NCBI RefSeq assembly: GCF_000142905.1
Contig: NW_013657626.1
Span: forward strand, 215,942 to 279,941
Direction: 5' to 3'
Source of the DNA: Thecamonas trahens ATCC 50062
Lineage: Eukaryota; Protista; Apusomonadida
DNA length: 64,000 nt
Below are positions 10,401 to 20,030 of this stretch, one piece after another (within the stretch, counting starts at the first letter, position 1; each line of letters starts with the position of its first letter). The notes beneath the pieces are model-generated. The model did not search any database. It was given only the letters and a program-made list of their open reading frames with translations, and had not been told where the DNA came from. The position numbers and the translations under genes were made by a program.

Positions 10401-11081
10401 CTTGTCCTGCAGCGCGTTGAGCACAAGATGGACTGCCTGGCTGTCGTCGCGGGCCTGCGGGAACATCGAGCGCACAGACTTAAACTGCATAAACCGCGCA
10501 AGGTGCGCCAGCGTCGGCGTTGCCTTGAGCGAGCTCATCGCCTTGTCGAGCAGCGCGCCCACAAACTTGGCCACCTCGGCCGTCGTCGACAGGTCCAGCT
10601 TGGCCGTCTCGACCAGCGCCACCGAAGTGTCAAAGTTCTCCGGCCGCAACTTGTCAAAGTACTCCTTCAGCGCGCGCTCCTTGACCTTGACCGGGTCCAG
10701 CGGCTCCTGCTGCTGCTGCTGCTGCGAGTGCGACTGCTTATGCTTGCCGCCGCTGCCACCTTTGTTCCCACCAGGGCCACTGCGACGCGGGCCGCGCTTG
10801 CCACCAGAACCAGAACCGGTACTGCCACCACCACGACCCGCCGGCGAATGGTTCCGACGCGAACCGTGTCCACCACCACCACCGCCACCGCCACCCGAGC
10901 CACCACCACTGTTCCCGCCAGACTCTTTCCGCCAGTCCCGGGGCGAGCGCGGACGGTCCGCCTTTGCCGATGACGCCGGGGAGCTTCTGTTAGAACCACC
11001 AGGAGTCTTCCTCCGCCCGCCACCACCACGGCGACCACCCCGCGGCTTGCCCTCTGTCTTCGACGTGGATTCCTTGTTCAT
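7414..11081 (-). CDS. eIF4G-like protein: N-terminal MIF4G domain, AAAEAKAR helical repeats, eIF4E-binding motif YPIDALI, Gly/Arg-rich segment, [gap], C-terminal MA3 domain
   Basis: MIF4G-like sequence KEYFDKLRPENFD...LLDKA...LALVGELFN...IFADL (about 9990-10690); Y(x4)L-phi motif RIKYPIDALI at 9249-9269; MA3 start KSILEEYFSLRDTKEVAECLAEL...DDLLIDIP. The two halves are joined across the 8243-9061 gap by inference. A CTCCAG acceptor just 5' of the ATG suggests an upstream exon or a 5'UTR intron. Confidence 0.75.
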
Positions 11082-11676
11082 GTCCTGGAGGGGAGGGTGA
11101 GGGGGGTGAGGTAGTAGAAACGGTGGATGTGGGGGGGGGAACAGGGAGGGGGAGAGCAGGGAGGGGGAGAGCAGGGAGGGGGAGGGAGAGAGGGTGTGGG
11201 GGTGTGGGGGTGGGGGAGAGTGAGGGTGGGGGCGTACGATGAGTTGAGTGTGTGTGTGTGTGTGTGTGTGAGGAAGATGGGACGGGGGGGGGGGGAGGGA
11301 GGGACGAGGGCATGGGCGGGGAGGAAACTTGGTTTTTGTGGTGTGACGGAAGGGGGGAGGGGGGGAGGGAGAGATGAGTNNNNNNNNNNNNNNNNNNNNN
11401 NNNNNNNNNNNNNNNNNNNNNNNNNNNNNNNNNNNNNNNNNNNNNNNNNNNNNNNNNNNNNNNNNNNNNNNNNNNNNNNNNNNNNNNNNNNNNNNNNNNN
11501 NNNNNNNNNNNNNNNNNNNNNNNNNNNNNNNNNNNNNNNNNNNNNNNNNNNNNNNNNNNNNNNNNNNNNNNNNNNNNNNNNNNNNNNNNNNNNNNNGGGG
11601 GGGGGCGGACGGGGAGGTGGAGGGGTGCGGGGAAGAGGGGGTGGTGGTGGTGGGAAAGGGGAGGTGGAGGGAGAGT

Positions 11677-12640
11677 ATGGACTCATGCATCATCTGCGGT
11701 ATCTGTGTGTGTCTCATGGTACCACCCATCACTGTGGCGCGTGTCTCTTGTCGTCCACTCTGTTTGGGCTCCGTGTGGGACGGGCTGGACGGACGGACGG
11801 GCTGGGCGGACGGACGGAGGTGGACGGCAGTCGTACTTTTACGAGCTGTTCTTCTCACCAGAACTGCCGACACCCCACGGTGGCCCGCTGACGGTGTCAA
11901 CTGAGGATGGTGCTGACGGTGGTGCCGGGGTGGGGAGCGTAGCGGCAAGTGCGTTGTCGGGCGGGGCGGATGCGGCGGCGGTGGCGGCGGCAGCGGCGGC
12001 GGGCGGGATTGGGAGCGCCAAGATGGACATGCCGCCAACAGTCATCAATCGGGCCGATGCGTCGGTGACAGTCCTCAATCCGCTGCGGAACAGAGTGCTG
12101 CTGCGGCGGCTCGAGCGCAAGACGCTGGTGTTGGACCTGGACGAGACGCTGGTGCACTCGACGCTGCGGCCGGCGGGCGAGCCGGATCTTGAGCTCCGAG
12201 TCCACATCGACTCGTTCCCGTGTGTATTCTATGTGTTCAAGCGGCCGCACGTCGACGCGTTCCTCAGGCAGGTGGCGGCGTGGTACGACGTTGTCGTGTT
12301 CACGGCGTCGCTCCACCAGTACGCCAATCCCGTGCTCGATGCACTCGACCCAGACTCGGAGCTCATCGCGCAACGCTACTTTCGCGAGTCGTGCACGCTA
12401 CTGCCGACTGGCTTTGCCAAGGACGTGTCCATCACCCGCAGCGACGGCGACCTGGCCAAGGCCGTTCTGGTCGACAACTCGCCATCGGCCTTTATGATCA
12501 ACCGGCACAACGCCATCCCCATCGAGACGTGGCAGTCCAATGTCAACGACGAGGCGCTTCTCGATCTTCTCCCCTTTCTCAACATCCTCCGCTTTGTGGA
12601 CGACGTCCGCTCCATCCTCTCGCTGCGCGTGGCGAGGTGA
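11677..12640 (+). CDS. CTDNEP1: CTD nuclear envelope phosphatase (Dullard/Nem1 family HAD phosphatase); tentative join(11677..11698,11862..12640)
   Basis: KTLVLDLDETLVHS (DxDxT), KRPHVDAFL, VVFTAS, VLVDNSP, and C-terminal LLDLLPFLNILRFVDDVRSILSLR typical of Dullard/Nem1. The first exon (donor GTATCT) is tentative; no N-terminal TM helix is visible, and it may lie in the adjacent gap. Confidence 0.78.
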
Positions 12641-12672
12641 GGTAAAGCTTGATCATGTTTACGCAGCAAGAC

Positions 12673-13451
12673 TCACGCGCCCATAGTCTGCGCAGGCACC
12701 AGCGGGAGGCCAAACTCGTCGACCTCCTCAGTCTCGCCAGCGGCGGGAACGGCGCCCGGAGTAGTGGTAGGAATAGAGACGTCGGAGAGGTATGACGGCG
12801 TGGCGTTGGACTCCATCTCAAAGTCAAAGTCGTCGAGCTCGCCGAGAGCATCGAGCTCGGCGTCCAGATCCTCCTCGTCAAAGTCCTCCGCCACGCCGTA
12901 TGAGCGGGCCATGGCCTCCTGGATGTCCTGGTTTTGCTCAAACAGATCCTCCATGTCGTCCTGCAGGTCCTCGATGGCGTCAATGTCGAGCGCCTTGGAG
13001 TTGAACTGCTTCTTGAGCTGCTTGTTGGCTTCCTTCATGGCGGTCACGGTCTGGACCGTGTCCTGTGCCGTTTCGATGGCAAACGCCGTCTGCTCGATGT
13101 TGAACGACTGCTGCATCAGCTGGTCCATCTGCTGTTCGTACATCTTCTTCTGCCGCAGCACACGGAGCGCACGCTGCTTGACTCCGTTCTTAGCCGCCCC
13201 AGGCCGCATCTTGGCCATCTGCTTCTTGTACCGCAGTAGCTCGGCATCGAGCTTGCGGATCTTCTCGTTGAGCCCATCCACTCGCTTGTCGATCTGTAAA
13301 CATGATGTGGTGAGCTAGAGTGAGACAGCGTCCTGGTAGCACATGCGTGGAAGGGTGGGAGAGGGGGGGGGGGGGAGCGTACGTTGCCTGTGGTGTCCGA
13401 GAGCGACGGGGGTGGGGCCTTCTTGGCACCGACGCCAAACAGTCGCTTCAT
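12673..13451 (-). CDS. CHMP5: ESCRT-III protein Vps60/CHMP5 (Snf7 family), 229 aa; complement join(12673..13293,13383..13451)
   Basis: MKRLFG...KAPPPSL N-terminus, KIRKLDAEL, VKQRALRVLRQKKMYE, QQSFNIEQ, IQEAMARSYG, DEFGLP; phase-0 GTACGC...TACAG intron. Confidence 0.95.
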
Positions 13452-13586
13452 GGTATGTGTGTGTGTTTATATGTGTGTGTGTGGGGTGGGGGGGGGGGGT
13501 TGTGTGTGGGTAGGTGTGTTCGGTTGGGTGGAGTGTCTCTGTGTGTGTGTCTCTGTCTTCGACCACTGGTTCCATGACCAATTGGC

Positions 13587-14129
13587 AGTGGTGGTGATGG
13601 TGGTGATGGTGACGGTGATGGTGACGGTGGTGGTGATGGTGGTGGTGGTGGTGGTGGTGAGTAGTGATGGTGGTGGTGGTGATAGTGAGTGGTGGNNNNN
13701 NNNNNNNNNNNNNNNNNNNNNNNNNNNNNNNNNNNNNNNNNNNNNNNNNNNNNNNNNNNNNNNNNNNNNNNNNNNNNNNNNNNNNNNNNNNNNNNNNNNN
13801 NNNNNNNNNNNNNNNNNNNNNNNNNNNNNNNNNNNNNNNNNNNNNNNNNNNNNNNNNNNNNNNNNNNNNNNNNNNNNNNNNNNNNNNNNNNNNNNNNNNN
13901 NNNNNNNNNNNNNNNNNNNNNNNNNNNNNNNNNNNNNNNNNNNNNNNNNNNNNNNNNNNNNNNNNNNNNNNNNNNNNNNNNNNNNNNNNNNNNNNNNNNN
14001 NNNNNNNNNNNNGTGGTGGTGATGGTGATGGTGATGGTGATGGTGATGGTGATGGTGATGGTGGTGGTGATGGTGGTGGTGATGGTGATGGTGATGGTGA
14101 TGGTGGTGGTGATGGTGATGGTGGTGGTG
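13587..14129. repeat. (GGT/GAT) trinucleotide low-complexity tract flanking an assembly gap, in the divergent CHMP5 / EF-hand gene interval
   Basis: Direct reading on both sides of the 13696-14012 gap. Confidence 0.9.
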
Positions 14130-14336
14130 TACCCCCCCCCCCTCTCCGCTCCGTTGTTCGCCGTTGGAGCGCCCGTTCGCTATCCCTCTCTCACTTTCAC
14201 ACTCACTCTCTCTTCAACTGTCGCGGGAGAACACACGGTCCCAACACCAGCCGGGTCCGTACCACTCCTCCTCCTCCTCCTTCTTCTTCTTCTTCTTCAA
14301 CCTCAACCACCTGAAATCAAAGTAGTGTCTGCAAGA

Positions 14337-15476
14337 ATGTCTGTGGTCGCTGACGTCTTTGCTGCCTTTGACGTGGACGAGTCCGGAGCGCTCGATAGCG
14401 ACGAGTTTGCGTCGGCTGTCGCCGCCATGGGCTTCAACCCCTCGCAGACGCAGCTGGCCAAGGCTATTGCTGCCATCGACACAGACAACTCGGGCTGTAT
14501 CTCGCTCGATGAGTTCGAGGCCTTCATCGACAAGCTCGTCGACAGAGGCACAGACTTTGATCCCGCCGTTCGCCTCGCCGCCCAGAGAGAAAGCCTCGCC
14601 GCCGCTTGCGCCGTTCTGGACTCGGACAACTCGGGCGAGATCGACCTCGCCGCGCTCCGCACCCTACTCGCCTCGGACGGCGAGCCCATGGACGAGACCG
14701 AGATAGATGCCGCCTTTGCTGCCTACATCCCTGACGGCGCGACCTCCATCGCCATCGACGACCTCGTCAGTGCCCTCGTCACTCCGCCCGAGGCCTCACA
14801 CGTCCCGCTCGACGTTCTCCTCCGCCGCAAGCGCCGCATCGCTGCCACCTCGCGCGGCAAGTGCATCCGCCGTGTCCGCCGTCCTGCACCGTCAGCCGAT
14901 GCAAGTGCAAGCGCAAACGGAAGCGCAAGCGCAGACCCCGAAGCGGACGCGCACACACGCCCGGACATCGACAACAACGACGCTTCCCGCTCCGACCGCT
15001 CGGCAAGCGAAAATCCGGGCTACGACGACGCTTCCCGCTCCGACCGCTCGGCAAGCGAAAATCCGGGCTACGACGACGCTTCCCGCTCCGACCGCTCGGC
15101 AGGCGACGATGCCGGCTACGATGATGATGCTTATGACGATGGGTACGATCAGGTGCCGTCGCGTTCTGGCTCCCACTCGGGCTCACGCCATCCCTCGCCC
15201 TCCCACTCCCGCTCGGCCTCCCACTCCCGCTCGGCCTCCCACTCTCGCTCGGCCTCCCGCTCTGGCTCTGGCTCTGGCCCGGGCGCCGCCGATGCCGATG
15301 CCGACGACCGCGAGGCGCGTAAGGCCGCTATGCGCGCGCGCATCGAGGCCCGCCGCGCCGCAGCCCGCGAGCGCAAGGAGGCATCGGTTGACAACGACGA
15401 ACCTGTCCGCGACTCGACTACCGGCTCTGGCTCCGGCTCGGGCCGCCGCCGCCGCCGCGTCCGCAAGCAGCAGTGA
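14337..15476 (+). CDS. Calmodulin-like EF-hand protein with long Ser/Arg/Asp-rich tail, 379 aa
   Basis: EF loops DVDESGALDSDE, DTDNSGCISLDE, DSDNSGEIDLAA; fourth loop degenerate. Tail has a 48-bp repeat (DDASRSDRSASENPGY, about 14975-15120), SHSRSA repeats and basic clusters. Confidence 0.85.
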   Translation: MSVVADVFAAFDVDESGALDSDEFASAVAAMGFNPSQTQLAKAIAAIDTDNSGCISLDEFEAFIDKLVDRGTDFDPAVRLAAQRESLAAACAVLDSDNSGEIDLAALRTLLASDGEPMDETEIDAAFAAYIPDGATSIAIDDLVSALVTPPEASHVPLDVLLRRKRRIAATSRGKCIRRVRRPAPSADASASANGSASADPEADAHTRPDIDNNDASRSDRSASENPGYDDASRSDRSASENPGYDDASRSDRSAGDDAGYDDDAYDDGYDQVPSRSGSHSGSRHPSPSHSRSASHSRSASHSRSASRSGSGSGPGAADADADDREARKAAMRARIEARRAAARERKEASVDNDEPVRDSTTGSGSGSGRRRRRVRKQQ

Positions 15477-15549
15477 CTCGTTTTTATCCCCCAACGGCAC
15501 GGTCGTTCGGACGCGTTATCGCGTGTCTCAAAGTGAACAACTCGATGGT

Positions 15550-16360
15550 GCTTGACTTCCAGGTCACCGGCCGACGCTGCGCGACGCATGCTTGGCCTGC
15601 GGCTTGAGGTGGGAGGCACGCCCGCACGTGATGGCGGCCGACACGTAGACGCCCGCCTGAAGGATGCCAGACCTGGGAGTATGGGCGAGGCGCGCAAGGT
15701 GCCGTACGCCGCCGCTCCTCCGGATCGGCGGGCGTGGACGGTGCTGAGCTTGTTGTTGACGACCCGGCGACCAGGAAGAGAAGCAACTCAGAGTTGAACA
15801 CAGCGGCCGAACGGGATAGCGCGAGGACATTGTCGATCTTCATGCGACGGACGAGCTTGCCCGTCGGCGTGGCTGCTTAAGTGGTGCCACGCCATCCTGT
15901 ACTGGATTCTGGACGCCGCGCTCATCAACGCGTACGCGCTCTGTGCCAACGCGAGCCCGCGCCCCGCCATGACTCGCGTGGCTATCATCGACGCCCTCAA
16001 CGCCAGCGCTGACGCCGTCAGCTACGCGCCGTCGCGCAAGCGGGAGCGTCCCTCTGCACCGGCTGCTCATCATCACCACTTTCCCCAGCAAACTGCTCTG
16101 CGACGCGACTGCCTCGCCTGCCGGAAGCTTCATGGCAAGCGATCGCAGCCGCGGATCTTTTGCGCTGCGTGCGGCGTCCACCTCTGCATCGCCGACTGAT
16201 TTCTGTTGTGGCCCGGCCCACCAGTGGCCACAACAGCCATTAACACATTGCACTACTCTTTTACCGCGATTGTTGGACGTTGCGACGTCTGTGGAGCGTC
16301 GCAGAGTGCGACTTGCGCGATGGACAAATACGTCCATTCCGTATCGTAGAGCGCAAAGGG
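15550..16360 (+). mobile_element. Degenerate piggyBac-family DNA transposon remnant (C-terminal transposase and Cys-rich zinc-ribbon, possible right end)
   Basis: Frame ending at 16199 reads KWCHAILYWILDAALINAYAL...HHHFP...RRDCLACRKLHGKRSQPRIFCAACGVHLCI, matching piggyBac KWW-x-x-(L/F)F-x-x-LD-x-A-x-x-NAY and the CxxC...CxxC-x-x-x-LC tail. A shifted frame just upstream gives DIVDLHATDELARRR (decayed third-Asp region). CCCTTTGCGC on the minus strand at 16351-16360 resembles a piggyBac end. Confidence 0.75.
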
Positions 16361-16668
16361 GGGGGGGGGGGGGGGGGAGGGGGGGTGGACAACGAACCGG
16401 GCCGTGAATGGTACATATCNNNNNNNNNNNNNNNNNNNNNNNNNNNNNNNNNNNNNNNNNNNNNNNNNNNNNNNNNNNNNNNNNNNNNNNNNNNNNNNNN
16501 NNNNNNNNNNNNNNNNNNNNNNNNNNNNNNNNNNNGGGACACAGGACATACGTAGAGAGCGAGGGGGGGGGGGGAGGGGTGACAACGACCGGCTGCGGCT
16601 CGTTTCAAGCGATCGGCAGCGGGGCCTTTGGACAGCGCATAGCAGCGGCGCGCTATGGTTGCGACCCC

Positions 16669-17735
16669 TCACGCCGCCTTTTTGCGACGGCGCTTCTTCT
16701 TGCCAGCCGCTTTGGCGTGGACCTTTTCCAGTGCCTTAAATGCCAGAGTGGTGTCATGGTCGATCCGGTCTGTGAGGTCAAACGAGACGATGCGAGGCGC
16801 GTCCTCCAACGCTGCAAGCAGCAGCTGCGCGCCCTCCTCCGACACGAGGTTGCCGTCAATGTTGAGCGCTGTGAGCGCAGGCGCAACAGGAAGAACGGTG
16901 GCCAGGCGGCGGTAGACCTTGCGCGGAGGATGATGCGCGCCGTTGTCGCCGACATTGAGTGTGGCGAGGCATTGTGCATGCGGAAGGCCCTTGACTAGGG
17001 CGTGGATGCCCGGTGCGCCCAGTGCGTTGCCGTACACATCCAGCTCGGCCAGTGCCCCGGCGTATGGCAGGATCTTCGAGCCGAGGACCGCGCCAGCTGC
17101 TGCATCGAGCCCGCAGAATCGCATCGAGAGCTTGGTCAGGCTCTCGTTCCATCGCAAACCGGTGGCAAGGCCGGCAACGCCCTGTGCACCAAACGCTGGA
17201 TTGTGGTCGAGAGTGAGGCTCTTCAGCGAGGCGTTGAGCTGGAGGGCACGACCGAGATCGGCACCGGGACGAGCACCCATGCCGATGTCGACCATCTCGA
17301 GTGAGACCAGCGACGACGAGGTGTGGAGGAGGCGAGCAACGGCAGATGCGCCCTGCGAGCCCGACTCTGTCCGCCACAGCACCAGATGAGCAACAAAGTC
17401 GTACGTCTCCACCAGAGCCGCAAGCAGGGCTTCGGTCGCCGGGCCGCCGAGCTTCTGATCGGCCACCACCACAGCGTCAAAGACCGTCTCCTCCTCCATC
17501 TGCTCCAGCAACCAACTCGCCAGAATCCCAATCGCCGCTCTCGGCGCTCCGCATCGCTCAGCATGCGCCAGGAACGAACTCCGCAGCGACTTGAGAAGGG
17601 CGTACTCGGGCGATTCTGTCGGGTGGAGAGGTGAGTATGGGGGGGGGAGGGGGGGGAGGGGGAGAGGAGGGGAGGGGAGGAGGGTGGCGTACCCTCTTCG
17701 CCCTTGCGACGAGTCCGTCGGCGTTTGCCCGACAT
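16669..17735 (-). CDS. Ribonuclease-inhibitor-type leucine-rich repeat protein, 329 aa; complement join(16669..17615,17693..17735)
   Basis: About 28-aa LRRs (LKSLTLDHN, LTKLSMRFC, LAELDVYGNALG, LATLNVGDN, LTALNIDGN); basic N- and C-termini (KKKRRRKK); phase-1 GTACGC...ACAG intron. Confidence 0.85.
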
Positions 17736-17880
17736 GTATGGGGGGGGGGAGGGTGGAGTGGTTGAGGGTGGCGTGGTGGAGTGTTTGGGGGGGGAGCGGA
17801 GACGGCAGGCGGCGATGTCCGTTGAGCTGTCATTCGGGCGGTTTGGGTGTGGGGGGGGGGCAGGTTACGGCAGCATAGTT

Positions 17881-19619
17881 TTACTTGCCGAGCTTCTTCT
17901 TGTAGCGGGCACTGGTGGCTTGCTGGATGACGCCGCAGGCGAGGCGAGTGACAGCGTCGACTAGGGAGGCGGCCATCTCTGCCCGCTCTTCGACGTGGTC
18001 GGCCTGCTCGATGGCGCGGTTGATGAGATGAACCCAGCGGTCACGGAGCAAGTCGCTGGCGGCGGCGAGCTCGTACTGCTTGGCATCCGAGTTTTCACGC
18101 GGGATCATGGAGAGACAGAAGATCTCGCCCTTGGGCGGGTCCTCGTTGATGACGGCCGACTTGTAGTCGCGAAGATCCATGGCGCCCTTGGGTTTGACGT
18201 CGGACGGGGCGGCGTAGTAGGAGAGGGTCGATTTTTCGCGGTCGAGGACAAAGCAGCGCTTCTGCCAGCGTTTGCGGAAAGCCTTACCGCCGAGCTTGGA
18301 GAGCTCGCCGTCGACGGGCATGTCGAGGAGGACCGAGACATCGAGGTGCTGGGAGCGCTCCGTGATGTTCTTGCTCGCCTGATCGACGATAAAGTGGCGG
18401 AACTCGATCCAGCCGATGTCAAAGGCGGCCGGGCAAAGGCCGGGTTATCTGCCAGAGCTGGCTCGATCTCGGTCATGAGCTCGATGAGTGCAGCCTCGTC
18501 GAGGTCAGTACCACCGCGGACGACGCGCGCGCCGGCTGCGAGCTCGTCCTGGCCAATGCGCCCGTTGGCGTCGGTGTCGAGTAGGTCAAAGGCGTCGTTG
18601 ATGCGCGACTCGAGGAGCCGCGGAATAGCTGGGTACTTTTCCAGGTACGCCACGTACTTTGCGTTGCAGAGCGTAAAGAACTCGGCGTACTTGGACTCAA
18701 AGTACTCGGGCGTGCAAATCTGATCGATGTCGGGCCAGAGGAGGAAGATGCGGGTGTGCTCGACTGAGAGCTCAAAGTTGGAGGTGCCGAAGACCTTGAA
18801 CGGCACAAACACCTCCTTGACGTGCGAGGTGACGTGCGGGCGAAGAGTGTCGGTTTCAACCACAGCGTCTTTGGTCTCGTCCCACGTCACGTCACCAACA
18901 TCAATGAGCGATGAGACGAGGACCTGGATGCTCATAGGATCACCGACCTCTTCAGACGAGCTAGCAATGATGTCGAGCGCAGTGGCGAGCTTTGTGGTCA
19001 CGGTCTGGACCACGTCGCGGGTGTCGACCTCGACGGTGCGGCCGATGCGGGCGCACGGCACGCCGCAGTGGTCGATGTGCTCGACCGAGGCGGTGCCTCC
19101 GCGAATGAGCGAAGTCCACGCCTCGGCGAGATTGGACCACAGCTCGCGGACCTCGGCCTCGATGTGCGACATGGCGTCGACGCGCATGCTGTCCATATAC
19201 TCTTCCAGGAAGACCTGCTCGTCAGCATCCTCCACGCCGGTCACTTGCTGCGAGACGGCGAGTTGCGAGGTAAAGTCGACGACCGAGTCGATGTTTGTGC
19301 AGCGAACAAACTTGCCGTCGGCCTCGACCTCCCACTTGAGGGTGTATTCTGCCAGCGGATTGGAGAGCGGCTCGCCCGAGTTTGCGTCGAGGACCACCAC
19401 ATCGCCGTACTCGATGTCAAAGTTGCCTGCCGTGGTCTCGGACGGCCTCCACTTGACGGTAGCCGTGGTAAACTGACCCAGCCCGGCCTCTACCATCGGA
19501 CCCTCTGACGAGAGGAAGGTAGCCTTGAGCTGCAGTTGGACCACGGGCACCTGCCCCATCCCAGCCAGCCAGGTGAACTTGAGGCCGGCCCCGTACGACG
19601 ACGACGCCGCCGCGGCCAT
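17881..19619 (-). CDS. Uncharacterised protein with EF-hand pair and C-terminal PH domain; 1-nt frameshift at about 18431
   Basis: EF loop DTDANGRIGQDE. Restoring one C in the CCC run at 18431-18433 continues into FDIGWIEFRHFIV (second EF) and a PH domain GELSKLGGKAFRKRWQKRCFVL...LSYY...PKGAMDL...YELAA...RDRWVHLIN. Confidence 0.78.
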
Positions 19620-20030
19620 GTGTACGTGAGGAAGGTGAAAGGTGGGGGGGGGGGGGTGGGGGTGGGGGTGGGCGGGGTGGGTTGCACGTGGGAAGTTAAG
19701 GGGATGAGGGGGTAGGGGTGGGGGTGGGGGTGCAGGGGGTGGGGGTGGGGGTGGGGTGAGGGGTGAGGGGGTAGGGAGAGGTGGCTGCCTGCCCGTGGGG
19801 CTGGTGTTGGCTTGTACGTCAGACGCCATCCGCCAACCGGCAGGCACAGCCCCACCACGGACCCGCCTCGTGATCGATCACGAAGGCGATCACAGCCACC
19901 ACAGCCACCAAAGCCCCCCCCTCCCCCTCCTCACCACCCACCCACCCCACCTCTCCCACCCCACCTCTCCCACCCCCACCCCCCGACCTCCTCTCACTCC
20001 CTCCCCATACCCACCCACACCCCTCCCGCC

